Source: Monocercomonoides exilis PA203
Lineage: Eukaryota > Protista > Preaxostyla
NCBI GenBank assembly: GCA_001643675.2
Contig: LSRY02000010.1
Coordinates: forward strand, 496,001-560,000
DNA length: 64,000 bases
Direction: 5' to 3'
Below, one piece after another: positions 26,001 through 38,400 of this stretch (within the stretch, counting starts at the first letter, position 1; each line of letters begins with the position of its first letter). The translations under genes were made by a program, and so were the position numbers. The notes under the pieces are model-generated. The model saw only the letters and a program-made list of their open reading frames with translations, did not search any database and had not been told where the DNA came from.

Positions 26001-29000
26001 TGTCTTCTGAACTTTCTGCTCATTTGCACCGCATTGCCCACAAAATAGCCATCGCTCTCATCTTCTGCTTCTCCCATGCCAAAATACATGTCTTCATCGG
26101 AGTTGCTCTGCGATATCTCGTTTTCCTTCCTCCTCCACATCTCTCTCTCCTTCAGAAAGTGCTGAATCGTACTCTCTTCATCAATAGCACTCTTCGCACG
26201 TTTTCTGCCTTTGCCTCTTCCTCTTCCTCTTCCTTTCCCTTTCCCTTTTCCTTTTCCTTGACCTCTTCTCCTCATTCTGATGTTTTTGTCTTCATATCCA
26301 CTTTCACTTTCGTTTTCTTCTTCGTCTTCATTTTCCTCATCTTCTTCTGAATAATTGATCGATTTTTGCCCTTTTATGTTCTTTCTTCTTGTTGTTATTC
26401 TTTTTCCTTTCATTAACCTCTTTTTCCCTTTCGGTGCAAATTTCTTTGATTTTCCATATGTTGCAGAATCTTCACTTTCATCATCATCATCATCTTCTTC
26501 TTCTTCTGATTCTGATTCTGTTTCTGTTTCTCTTTTGTTTCTAAAAAGCAACTGCGAAGAACTAACACTTGTTGTGCTTGTTTCATAAGTTGAGCCATCA
26601 CTCGATGTGTTTGTTTCAGAAGAACTATCATCTGCTTCTCCACTACTTTCATCATCATCTTCATCATCATCATCAGAATCTTCTTTTTCTTCTCCACTTG
26701 AAGTGCTGCCTTCTTCTTCTTCTTCTTCAGAATCTGTCACTTCTGCACTTTCACCACTTTTGCTGCCTTTACTAACTGCACTTGATTCATCTGAACTATT
26801 ATCTTCCTCTTCATCTTCATCTTCATCATCAGCTGTGCTGCTTTCTTCGCTTGTGACTGTTGAATGTGCAGAAGATTCTGTTGCTGCTGAAGAAACAACA
26901 CTTAATGCATCACTTTCATCTTCATCGTCTTCTTCTTCTTCTTCTTCACTCTCAGATTCGTTTTTATTTCTCTTTTTTCTTTCCTTTTTCCTCTTCTCTT
27001 TCTCTTTCACTTTCTTTTCCTCTTCATCTTCTTCTTTCTCTTCATCTTCATCTTGTTTGTTGCTTTCCCCTTCCTCTTTCTCCTTCTTCCCTAATTTCTC
27101 CTTCTCCTTCTCAATTCTTTCTATCTCCTCTTTCAGCTTCCTCTCAAACTCTTCTTTCTCTTTCTCCTCCTGTTCCTTCATCGCCTTCAGCAGCTGCTTC
27201 TCTTTCTCTTTCCTTTCCTTTTCTTCGGATTCTCTTCGCTCATTCTCCAACTTCTGCCTTTTTTCCATCTCTTCCTTCAGCCTCCTCTTCAAATCTTCAA
27301 CCATTTTCAGTTCATTTTCTCTCGCAATGTTTTTCTCTTCCTCCTCTTTCTTTCTTCTTTCTTCTTCTTCTTTCCTCTTCTTCTCTTCTTCTTCTCTTTT
27401 CAATCGTTCTTCTTCTTCTTTTTCTTCCTTTTCCTTTCTTTCTCTTTGAAGCATTTCTTCTTTCAGTTGCATCTCTATCTTTTCTCTAAGCTTCCTCTCA
27501 ACTTCTTCTTCAATCTTTCTTCTTTCTTCTTCCTTCACCCTCTTCTTCTCCTCTTCTTCCTTTGCAATTCTTGTTTCTTCTTCTCTTCTTCTTTCTTCTT
27601 CTTTCTCTTTCTTATCCTTTTCAATTCTCATTTTCTCCTCTTCTTCTTCTTTATTTCTTCTCTCCTCTTCTTCTCTTCTCAGATTCTCTTCTTCCTCTTC
27701 CTTCCTCTTCCTCTCTTCCTCTTCTCTTCTCAATTTTTCTTCCTCTTCCTTCCTTTTCTTTTCTTCTTCTTCCATTTTCAGTTTCATTTCCAACTCCATC
27801 TTCACTTGTCTTTCAATTTCTTCTCTGATGCTCTTCATCATTTCTTCCTTCTTTCTCTTCTCTTCTTCTTCTTCTCCTTCTCCTTCTCTTCTCCTCTTCT
27901 CCCTCTCCACCTCTTTCAGCTGCTTTTCTATTTCTTCTCTGATTCTTTTGCTTATCACATCTTGTTCATTTCTTTTTTCTTTTTCTTTTTCTTTTTCTTT
28001 TTCTTCTTCAACTTCGCTTAGCTCATTCATTTTCCTGTGGCTTTTGATATCTTCTATAAATTGCTCTGAACTTCGTCTTTCCTTCAACAATTCTATGTAA
28101 TTATCAATTTTGCTTTCTTCATTGAAAACTTCCTCTTCCTTTTCTATCTTCTGATTTTTCTGCTTCTTTTCTTCATTTTTTTCATTCTCTTCTTTTTCTT
28201 CTCTTTCTTTTTGTTCAAATGGCTTTTGAGATTTCTTGTCATCTTTTGGTGTTTCGTTCTTTTCATATGCTTCTTCTTCTTCTTCAACAACTTCTTCAAC
28301 ATTCCCTTTCGGATCATTCTTAATTTCTCCTTTTTCTTCTTCTTCTTCTCTTTCTTCTTCTCTTTCTTCCTCTTTTTCTTTTTCATCATCTTCTTCTTCA
28401 ACTTTTTTATCCTCCTCTTCGTTTTCGTCTTTCCTCTCTTCATTTTCATTCATTTTTTCTTCACAAACACTTTTTTCTTTTGTTTCATCTTCCTTTTCTC
28501 CATCTTCTTCTGTCTTATTTTCTTCATCTGTGCGATTATCTTCCTGTTCTTCTTCTTTCTCAGCTTCTTCTTCCTCTTCTTTTTCTCTATCTTTGCTTTG
28601 TGCTTCATCATCAGCCTCATCTTTCTTCATCCCCTTCTCATTTTCTTCTTTTTCATCGTTTTCATCTTTTTCGTCATTTTCTTCTTTTAATTCTCCTTCT
28701 TTCGCCTCTTCTTCATATCCAAAATGATCTTCTTCGCAAACATCATCTTTCACTTCCACATCATCGCTAATATTCTTCTCATCTTCTTTCTCCTTCTCTT
28801 TCTCATTCAATTTCTTTTCTTCTCCTTCTCCTCCTTTTCCTTCTCCTTCTCCTTCTCCTTCTTTCGCTCCTTCTTTGCCATTCTCTTCTTGTTGCCTATC
28901 GTTCTCTTTCTTTTCCTTTTCAATGCTTTTTTCCTCATTTACATTTCTTTCTTCAACATCTTCTCTTTCTTCGTCCTTCTCCTTTTCATTTTCATATTTC

Positions 29001-29951
29001 TCATTTTTCTTATTTTTCTTGCTTTTCCCACTTTTCATTCTTTTTTCGCTTTTTTCGCTTTTTCTGCTTTTCCTGCTTTGTCTTCCGCTTTCATATGTTT
29101 CTTTACTCACAACACTTTCCGTTTCAATGCTTGTTCTTTCATCGCCTTCTTCTTCCTCTTCCTCCTCCTCCTCCTCCTCTTCATATTCCTCTTCTTCCTC
29201 CTCTTCTTCTTCAAATTCTTCTTCCTCTTCTTCCTCCTCCTCTTCCTCTTCTTCTTTCTCTCTCTTTTCATTTTTATCATCCTTTTTTCTATTGTTAATT
29301 TCTTTCTTCACAACCTCCTCATCTTTCTTCTCTTTCTCCAAAACATTCATCTTTTCTTTCTCTTTCTCTTCCTCTTCCTCTTCCTCTTCCTCTTTCTCTT
29401 TCTCTTCCTCTTTCTCTTTCTCTTCCTCTTTCTGTGATCCAACATTCTCTTCCAACTCTTCCTTCTTTTCATCTTTCTTTTCATCTTCTCTTTCAATTTC
29501 TTTCAATTCACTTATTTTCTTTTTATCTTCTTCAGATTTGTTTGATTCATCTTTTTGACTCAAAGATTTTTGCTCATTTTTTCTGCTTTTTCTGCTTTTT
29601 TGACTTCTTCGGCTTTTCCAGCTTTTGACGCTCATTTCACTGTTTGTTGCTCCACAATTACTTTCTTCTTCTTCCTCCTCTTCCTCCTCTTCCTCCTCCT
29701 CCTCCTCCTCCTCTTCTTCTTCTTCTTCCTCCTCCTCCTCCTCTTCTTCTTCTTCTTCTTCCTCATCTTCTTTCTCTTCTTTCACCTTCTCCTCTTTCAC
29801 CTTCTCCCCCTCTTCCTTATCTTTTTTCTTTCCTTTCTCTTCCATTTTCTTCACCCCTCTTTCTGTTATTTTATCTTCTTTATTCTCAATCACTTGTGGA
29901 GGCATCTGTTGTTTTAATTCTATTTTTTGTTTGTTTTCTTTTTCTTCTTCC

Positions 29952-29983
<32 letters not shown>

Positions 29984-32250
29984 CTCTTCTTCTTCATCTT
30001 CTCCTTCTTCTTCCTCCTCTTCTTCTTCTTTCTCTTTCTCTTTTTCCTTTTCCTTTCCTTTTTCTTCTTTCTTTATATTTTGTATAATTTCATTCGTGTT
30101 ATTCATTTGCAGCTTTCCTTCAATTTCATCATTGCTCGTCTCATTTCCATTTGGAGATTGAAGAGGAACCTGTTTGTTTGTGTTCTGCTTCTGCTCAGAT
30201 TCGCCTTTTATTTTCATGCTGTTATTCTTTTCCTTAGCTTCACTTTCTTCTTCTTCTTCTTCCTCTTCCTCTTCCTCTTCCTCATCTTCCTCCTCCTCCT
30301 CCTCTTCTTCTTCATATCCAAATGAATCAGTACTCGAGCACTTTGATGCATTCTCTTCCTTTTTATCCTTCTTTTTCTGCTCTTTTTCTTTCTGTCCTCT
30401 TTCTTTGACCACTTTTATATCATCTTTGCCTTGTTTCTCTTTATTTTTTCTTTCCTTCTCGTGTTTTCCAACTCCCTCATTTCCATTCTCATTCAATTTG
30501 CTTCTGTTCTTCTCGATTTCCTCTGCTATTTCTCCTTTGCTTTGCATCTTTCTTTTGCTGCTTTCATCTTCTTTGGCTTCAGATTTGCTTTCATTTTCTT
30601 TCTTTTCTATTCCTTTTTCTTTCTTCAAGTCATCTTCACATTCCTCAGAATTCTGATCTTTCATTTTCTCTTTCTCTTTTTCATTCTTTTTCTCCTTGTT
30701 TGCTTCAATTTTGGTTTCTTTCTTCAAATTATGTTTTGCTTTCACACTTTCTTCTTCTTCTTCCTCCTCCTCTTCCTCCTCTTCTTCTTCGTCTTCGTCT
30801 TCATATTCTTCCTCCTCTTCCTCATATTCCTCTTCATATTCCTCCTCCTCTTCTTCTTCAAATTCTTCATATTCATCTTCATCACTTTCATTCGCTTTTC
30901 TCGAACTTGCTTTCTTCTTCTCCATTCGACTTTCAGACTTCTGTTTGTTTTTTCTACTGCTTTGTTTCCTTTTATCTGTGCTTTGCCCATTTATCCCTTC
31001 ATCTTTCTCTCTTGTCTTCTTATCCTTTTCCTTCACAGCTGAATTAGCATCTTTCTTAGAGGCGCTCAACATACGAGGCTCCTGTGAAGTGTTTGCTGCA
31101 GATGCTGTTTTCATTTGCACATCAGATGAGACAATTTCTTCCTTCTCTTTTGCTTCTTCTTCCTCAACAGCACTCGAATTGCCTGATGCATACGCCTTTG
31201 CAGACGAATTGGCAGCGCCGCTGAAGGAGTCAGAAGCAGAGCGTGTCCGCCGGACAGGGTCGAACCGCCGCTTCGAGGCAGATGAAGTGCGGAAGGCGGC
31301 AGGAGGTGACATGTGCGCTGGGTGCTGGGATGAATGGTGAGATGTGTCTGGTGCTTGAAATGCGGTGTTTCGGGCAGGCGAAGTGGAAGACGTGTTTAAA
31401 GCTTGAAGTGCAGACGTGCTTTGCGAAGTGAAGACATCTACGGGCTCGTCTGGCGAGCTAGCAGGAGAGAATTTCTGTGAATGGATATTCTGTTGTTTTG
31501 GGGCTATTAAAGAAAGCGAAGAACGAGGAAGTGATAGATCATCAGCTCTTGATTTTTTCAACGGCTCTGATGAAAAGGGACGAATTTCATTGGCTGAATT
31601 AGTTTTATTTATTTTTCGAAGTGTACCAATCGCAGAATTGGACTTTTCATTTAAAGATGAATAATTTGCAGATTCCTGTTCATCTGATTCATTCTCTTCA
31701 GTTTCATACGTATATGATGTAGACTCTGCACCCTCTTCGATAGAACTTTCGTAACTTTGCAGAGACGTTGACGGGCTTGAAGCAACAGATGAAGAATTCT
31801 CAAAAAATAAAAAGAAAAGAAAAAAGGAAAATTTTTAATAAAGTTTCTCCAAAAATTAAAAAATGCGAACCAACGGGAACAGCACTGGCAAATACTCTCC
31901 TTTAATTTTAAAAGTGATAATTCAGCAAAAAACAAGTTAAATTGTTTAAACAAATAATATGGAATACCATTGTAATTAATAACATTTTTTGGATTATCAA
32001 TGTCTAAATCATGCTGAAGCATTGAAATTAGTCTCATAAGAAGATAAAATTCATCTTTAATTAAAATTTCACGATTAGTTCTTGCACAATGCTCCCAAAT
32101 TCTATTTCGAATGTTCTGATTCAATTTCGGTGGATTAAATTTCAAATATGTTGATAATGGAAAAACTCCACCAGAGGACAACTTCGAAAATAGAACTGCA
32201 AAACATTTGTCTTCAATCTGTGAATATCTGACAAAGTTTTGCTTTTCCAT
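20024..32250 (-). CDS. 4,028-aa protein: N-terminal EH (Eps15-homology)-like domain, long poly-Glu/Lys tracts, E/R/K charged helices, IQ-like motifs, Ser-rich tail
   Basis: Exons 32250-31968, 31899-31871 (29 nt) and 31798-20024 join in frame through GT-AG introns of 68 and 72 bp. Exon 1 reads LNQNIRNRIWEHCARTNREILIKDEFYLLMRLISMLQ, matching the EH pattern L..IW.......L...EF...M.LI...Q. Confidence 0.75.
26980..30880 (-). repeat. Coding GAA/GAG-rich low-complexity tract (poly-Glu, EK repeats)
   Basis: Long (ttc/ctc)n runs on the + strand, e.g. 29662-29770 encoding more than 30 consecutive Glu. Confidence 0.85.
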
Positions 32251-32446
32251 CTCAATTTTTATTAACTTATTGATCCATGAAAATATAATAAACTTTTTCT
32301 GTTTTTTTCATTCAAACAAAACTGCATTTAACAATATAATTGTGACAAACTATTTATTCTCTTTGAGATAATGATGTTTTGAAAAATCTTCAAAAAAAAC
32401 TCAAAATTGACAAAGAGTTTTGGTAACGAGATCAATTATTTGTGAG
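32251..32446. promoter_or_regulatory. Probable bidirectional promoter between two divergent giant genes
   Basis: Only 196 bp of AT-rich DNA separate ATG 32250 (-) and ATG 32447 (+). Regulatory function is inferred from geometry only. Confidence 0.45.
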
Positions 32447-35400
32447 ATGCTTGAAGTTGATACAAATTTTTTAGAATCGTTTGTGCTTGCTAAAACCGTT
32501 GCAGAAAGGGAACGTTCTTTAGAAAAGCTAGCTCCTAATTCAAAAGGCTTCTATTATTATTCTATTTTGCACGAGCAGTTGAAGAGCCCGGAAAAGCAAA
32601 CGGAAAAGGAAGAACTTCTTCTAAAGCAATATTCTAAGCAATATGGAGAGTATGAATATAAAAGATTCAACATGGAATATCGAAGAAATTTATTGTCATT
32701 CGATTCATTTTCGATTAAAGAAAAAGAGAAATTTATTAATGATTTAAAATCGGATATTTTCGGAATACAAACGAGAGATAGCAGAAATACTTCGATTGAA
32801 GGTACTGCCTTTTGCCCTCCCGGAACTGCTCTCGAAAAAACTGGACAAAAGAGCACAATTACGCCTCAAAAGCCCCAACAACAGCAGCAATCACTTTTAT
32901 CCAAAGCACTATTTGGAACAAGAGAAAAACCCCCTCCTTCGAAGCTTGATCAGAGCTTGGTCAGTTTTAAGAAATTCTTTAAAAGCGATATAGCATTGGA
33001 TACATTTTCAACTGAAGCAATGTGGTATTATGCTTCTGCAAATATGGATAAATATGACGCAAGCTACCTCTTAAAAATAATCCCTTCGTTTACGCTGCCA
33101 TCTATTGCATCTGTGACAGCGAAAGCTCACAAATATGATTTGAGATTTGGAAATTTGAATCATAGTTTCACCAAAGATCAATTGTTGCAGATAAGAAAAA
33201 AAGACAGTTCATTCCTTTCTGAAAATAGTTTTGTGACAGCTTTGATTCAAAGCATGATGCCAACATCTGATGAAAATTGGGAATATGATCTGACGGCTCA
33301 ACGTGCGTTTTATGATGAATTATGGGATTTAGCAGTCGCAATTCCGCCAGCCTCATCTTCACAGAAGGTGACTCTGATGGGCTCGGTGCTTCATTTCGAC
33401 TGGATAACCCACGAGCCCTCAAAAAAGCGATTTGATGAGTTTGTTAGCATCCCGTTGTACCACGGCGCCTACATCCAACGCGAATCGTCAGGTATTTTGG
33501 GAAGTATGGGCATTTCTGGAGGAAGAATTTGCAGTCTGAACACCTCTCTATTAAGCATGTGCAAGCTTCCTTCTTACAGCGTCGACACCCTTCTCGATGA
33601 CTACTTGCTGTTCATCCTGCAGGAAGAGAAAAGCTTCTCACAGTACAGCAAAATCTTTCGGCCCGACTTCCTTCGCCGGAAATTCATTGAAGCCAAAATG
33701 CTGTGCGGAGCTAAAGTCACACAGGCCCCTGCTCCTGGCAAGACGAGCAACAAGAAGGGAGAGTACGCTGTCATCCAGGCAGAAGATACAAATTTCGTGG
33801 ACGCGCTGAAAAGCAAAGTGGAGCTTACTTTTTCGACTCAAAACCGTGTCGTGTTCCACTACCAGGACACGGTCGATTTGGAAGTACTGGTGAAGAATGT
33901 AAAGACAGTGGTCTTGCGTGTGTTTGAGATCGACACAGTTGCATACTACAAGCGGTTCAAGAAGGAGATAGGCATCGACATCAATTTGGACGGGATGATG
34001 ACAGCAGACGAAGAGACATTCGACTTCTCGTCGGTGCCTTCCTGTGAGCGGCGCACGCTCCATTTGCACCTTCGCCAGCTGGACAACAAGCGCGGGGTGT
34101 TTGTGGCAGTAGTCAGCGGTGGAGGGAACATCAGCCGCGCGCTGATTCGGAAGGGGAGCCTGAGGTTGGTCACACGTTGTCTTCCGGACGGCCATGCAGC
34201 GATGGTGGCGGATGAGTCGAATGCGATTCTCGATCCGAAGAGAGTGACTGTGTCAGTTGACGGAGTGAACTACAGCGGCAAGCGGAGGAAGCGCAGCCAG
34301 AACAGAAAAGACAAGGAGTCCAGGTATCAAGCGAATGGAGGAGATGCATCTGAACTCGGAAAGGAAATTGAGATGGAATCATCTTCGGAGCGTGATTCGG
34401 ATGATAGCGATGAGGAAGACGATGAAGACGAGGACGATGAGATTCAGAATGAAAACAAGCCTACAGGGAAAAAAGGAGAGTTTACTGACGATGACGATCC
34501 CAATCTCTGTGAAGGAGAGTTTGTCATCCCATTTGCTTCGTCTTCTGCTTCAGAAATTAGCATGAATAAAACTGTCATTGTGATCGACAACAAGACTGGA
34601 TTTGCGTGTCTGTGCCCGTTTTTGCAGTACAAAGAGCACTACAAGTTCCGCTGTGGTGTGTTTATCGATCGGGAGGAGCTGATCCGCTATAACGAAGCCC
34701 ACATTTTGATCCGCCCGCAGCTGATGTGCAACAGCGTTCCTGTCTCCGTGTCGCGCATCCAGGAAGGCTCAGTCACTGTCATCGCGAAGGATCTGGACGG
34801 CATCCCCACAACACGCATATTCGAAGGACTGACATTCTCCGACGAGGAGGAAACGGTCATTCCCTTCCAAATCCCAGAGCGGCTGAGCTGTCTCGAAGTG
34901 ACTGTAAGAGGAAGCGTGAAACACTTCACAGAGAACAAGCATGCTACGCCCCAGCAGATTTCTCACACACAATCTTTTATCATCAACAAGATCGACAAAA
35001 CGTGCAATGTTATTTCAGCATCGCTGTATCTTCACCCAGCACGTGGATATGTTGCGTCTTTCTTTGGAAAGTCTGGTGAATTCATTCCAAATCTGTCAGT
35101 GAACTGCTTCTTCCAGTTCAGAGCGGCTAAAACAGCATCTAACTCTCCCTCTCTTTGGATGCAGACAGACGAGCACGGAGAACTTGAGCTGGGCAGTTTG
35201 GATGACATTTCATCTGTCAGAATGTCCCTGCCAACTGGAAAAGGCAATATGCGCTCCTCTCTCACGTTTCCTGTTGGTGCTGAGCGCAACTATGGATCCT
35301 CTTCTGACGCCTTTGTCGCTGAGAAGAGCGAACCTAGCGATACCTATAGGAACATCTCAGTCGGCGAGGAAAAGAATGATTTGGAGACATATGCGTATCC

Positions 35401-38400
35401 ACAAGGCGCAGAGTTTGCTATTCCGTTCCGTGCCACAACCAAAGATGATGCCAAGATGGTGTTTCTGACGCTCAACACACGAGACGGCAAGGCCAAAGAG
35501 GATTGCACAAGCGAGCTGTCGTTTTCGAAGGACAAAGTAATTCTGTCGAAGCGTCTGAGAGGAGGAGATTATGAGCTGTTTGACTGGAAGACAGGAAGAC
35601 GCGTCTTCATCAGCATTGTCGGAGGTAACGGAATAACTGTGGCACAAAGAAAACGCAAAACTGTGCGCTCGCATCCAGAAGCTGCAAGCAGCTCGAGCAC
35701 ATCTTCTTCTTCTTCTTCGCGCGAAATCGATCAAAAAACATCTGAACAAGGTGTTGTCATCGGATCTCAGCGTATTGCCCAAGTGAGTGTGACGGAATCT
35801 CTTCGAATTGTATCGCTGAAGCAAAAAGACGACAAGATTGTTGTGAAGCTTGCGAATACGTCTCCATACACTCGTCTTCATTTCTACGGCAGCCGTTTTG
35901 ACCCTTGCTTCGATGCGCATCAACTGCTGAAGGCTGCCCCGCTTCAAAAGCCTGAAATAACAGAGTTTCGCGACGCAGCCACTACGTTTGTGAGCAACCT
36001 TCCTGTTGGTTCTGAGCAGCATTACATTCAGAATAGGAAGGGGTACAAGCCCAGACTCGGGAATACTCTCAATGTTCCATCGATTCTTGTCAATCCGGTG
36101 GTGAACTGCACCACCACTCAGAAGGAGGAGAAGGTGATCGATGCTGGAAAGTTTGATGGCGGGCAGGTTGATTCGTCTTCGACAAGCAGGCGAACTTTTG
36201 CAACAGAGGAGTCGAGGAGCAACCAAAGAAGCAACTTCTTCTCTCCATCAAGCCCGAATGAAGATGATAAAAACATCGATTTTCTTGTGCATCCTTCATC
36301 TGTGCTGTTGAACCAACATCCTCCTGTTGGAGAAAAGAGCGAATATGAGCTCCCAATGAACTTCTTCAAGGCAGGGCATACTGTTTTGACAGTCATTGCT
36401 GTGGATGAGGAGCGTGTGATCACACAGCGCATGGCTGTGCGGAACAAGTTGAACGAGGAAGCAGAAAAAAGAGAGAAAGAGAAAGAGAAGCTGAGAGCGA
36501 AAAACAAAATCGTTGGGCAAAATGACAAGTTTGCGCTTTCAAGAGACCCAGAATTCTCATTGACGACTGATATGCGATTCTTGCATCCATTCAATCCAAA
36601 AGCTCATTACTTGGAAACAAGGTCAGTTTCTTTGGTGTTTTCTCAGAAGTTCATTGAAGGCGTATTCAACAGAATCCGCTCATTGGCAGGGTCAGGAAGC
36701 AACCTTTCTGAATCGTCTTCGTCTTCTTCTTCTTCAGTGGTTGTTCCGTCTGCAGTTTCTGATCTGTTTAAGCAATATTCATCTCAAAGAGTGATCGAAG
36801 ATATGAGCACTTCCCAAGTTGAGATGTTTGACTCGTTGAAAAGCGTTTTTCATCTGATGATTTCAATCTTGGCCAGTTTGGACAAAGAGAATCACGCTTC
36901 GCCCATGGCCCGCTTGTCAAATTCCACCACGCTCAAGCAGTTCAGATTGTGGGAAGAGTCATTTTCCAACTGGCATCAGCTCTCCTCTCACAAACGAATG
37001 GAGCGCTACTCTTCGTTTGCCTGTCACGAAACAGACTTGTTTGTGTATATGAAATCGCCTGGCCTGTTCAAGAGATATGTGGCACCGTTTCTGCGATGCA
37101 AGAAGGAGAAGACGCTTCTGGATCACTACCTGCTGAACACCAGAGACTTGGCATACTTTATGTGGTTCATGCAGCCATCTCAGTTCCATCGGCTGAATGC
37201 TTTTGAGCAGATTCTTGTGTTGGACAGAGTGATCGACATATTGGATGAGAAGTGCTTGGAAATTGAGTGTGAATTGAAGAACAAGCACAACGATCCAGGA
37301 AAAAGTGAACTTGAAAAGAAAGTTGCTAAATACAAGAAGGAGGCCGATTCATTTGTAAAGAACTTTTTGCGGATGATAAAGCAAAAAATTGCAAACTCAG
37401 AACAAGACGCAGCAAAGGAGAAAACAATGTTTGAGATTACTTTGCGCTCTGGATATCGTCCAGAAGAGAAAGCGGGCAAAAAGAAGAAGGCAAAGACTGA
37501 AGCAGGAGAGAAAGGAACTGGCGGCAGGAAACGCAGTCATCGATTGGGGATCCCTGAAAAAGATGATTCTGACGGTTCAGAAGAATTTAGCGAAGACGAT
37601 CAATTAAGCCTTGAATCTGAAGAAGATGAGGAACACTTTGCAGGAAATAGAGGAAATTTGTCAGAAAGTGACAGCTCATTTAGTGTTGACAGTGATCAAC
37701 AGCAGAATATTATTTCACGTCCATCATCGGCTGTAATGTTCATGCCAACTTTGACTTCAAACGCACAACAGATTAGTATGAGACAAATGCAAACGCTTAG
37801 CAATCAGATGCCAATGCCGCAAATGTTCTCCAATGTTGCTCCGATGAGTAACTCTGCGTATTCGCAGATGGCGCTGGTGTCTAATATGGCTCCTGATAGC
37901 GCAATGTACTCCAATATGAGCCAAATGGCCGCACCATCATCTCCGCAACAAATGTGCCAAATGGGAGCACCTCGACTTCCGCAACAGATGTGCCAAATGG
38001 CTGCACCACCACCTCCACAACAAATGGGAAAGATGGCGCAGTCGCAACAAACGAGATCATTTATGAAATCAAAAATCGGACCTACGCGTTATTATGGGCA
38101 GGATGGATATAGACGCTTGATGCGAAATGATCAATCTGACTCATCTTCTGATTCAGATATGGAGAGCGAGGAAATGAGAAGATCACCTTTTTCATTTCGA
38201 TTTTCGAAAAAAAGAAGACCACACATTCACCACACCAAAGCACCAATGAAGTCTATTCGCCCAATTCCAAAACCTCGCAAGCCACTTCTTTCAGATCAGA
38301 CAAAGGAATATCGAGAATGTGGCTACTACGGTGTCAGTGATCCGCTCCCTCAGCTTGTGCCTTGGAACAAGTTTTTCCTTGAGTATGCTGAGTATCTGCT

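Noticed and set aside
23300-31350. Dozens of + strand Ser/Phe/Leu-rich ORFs
   Set aside because: They are antisense shadows of the GAA/GAG-rich giant gene, where pyrimidine-rich sequence lacks stop codons.
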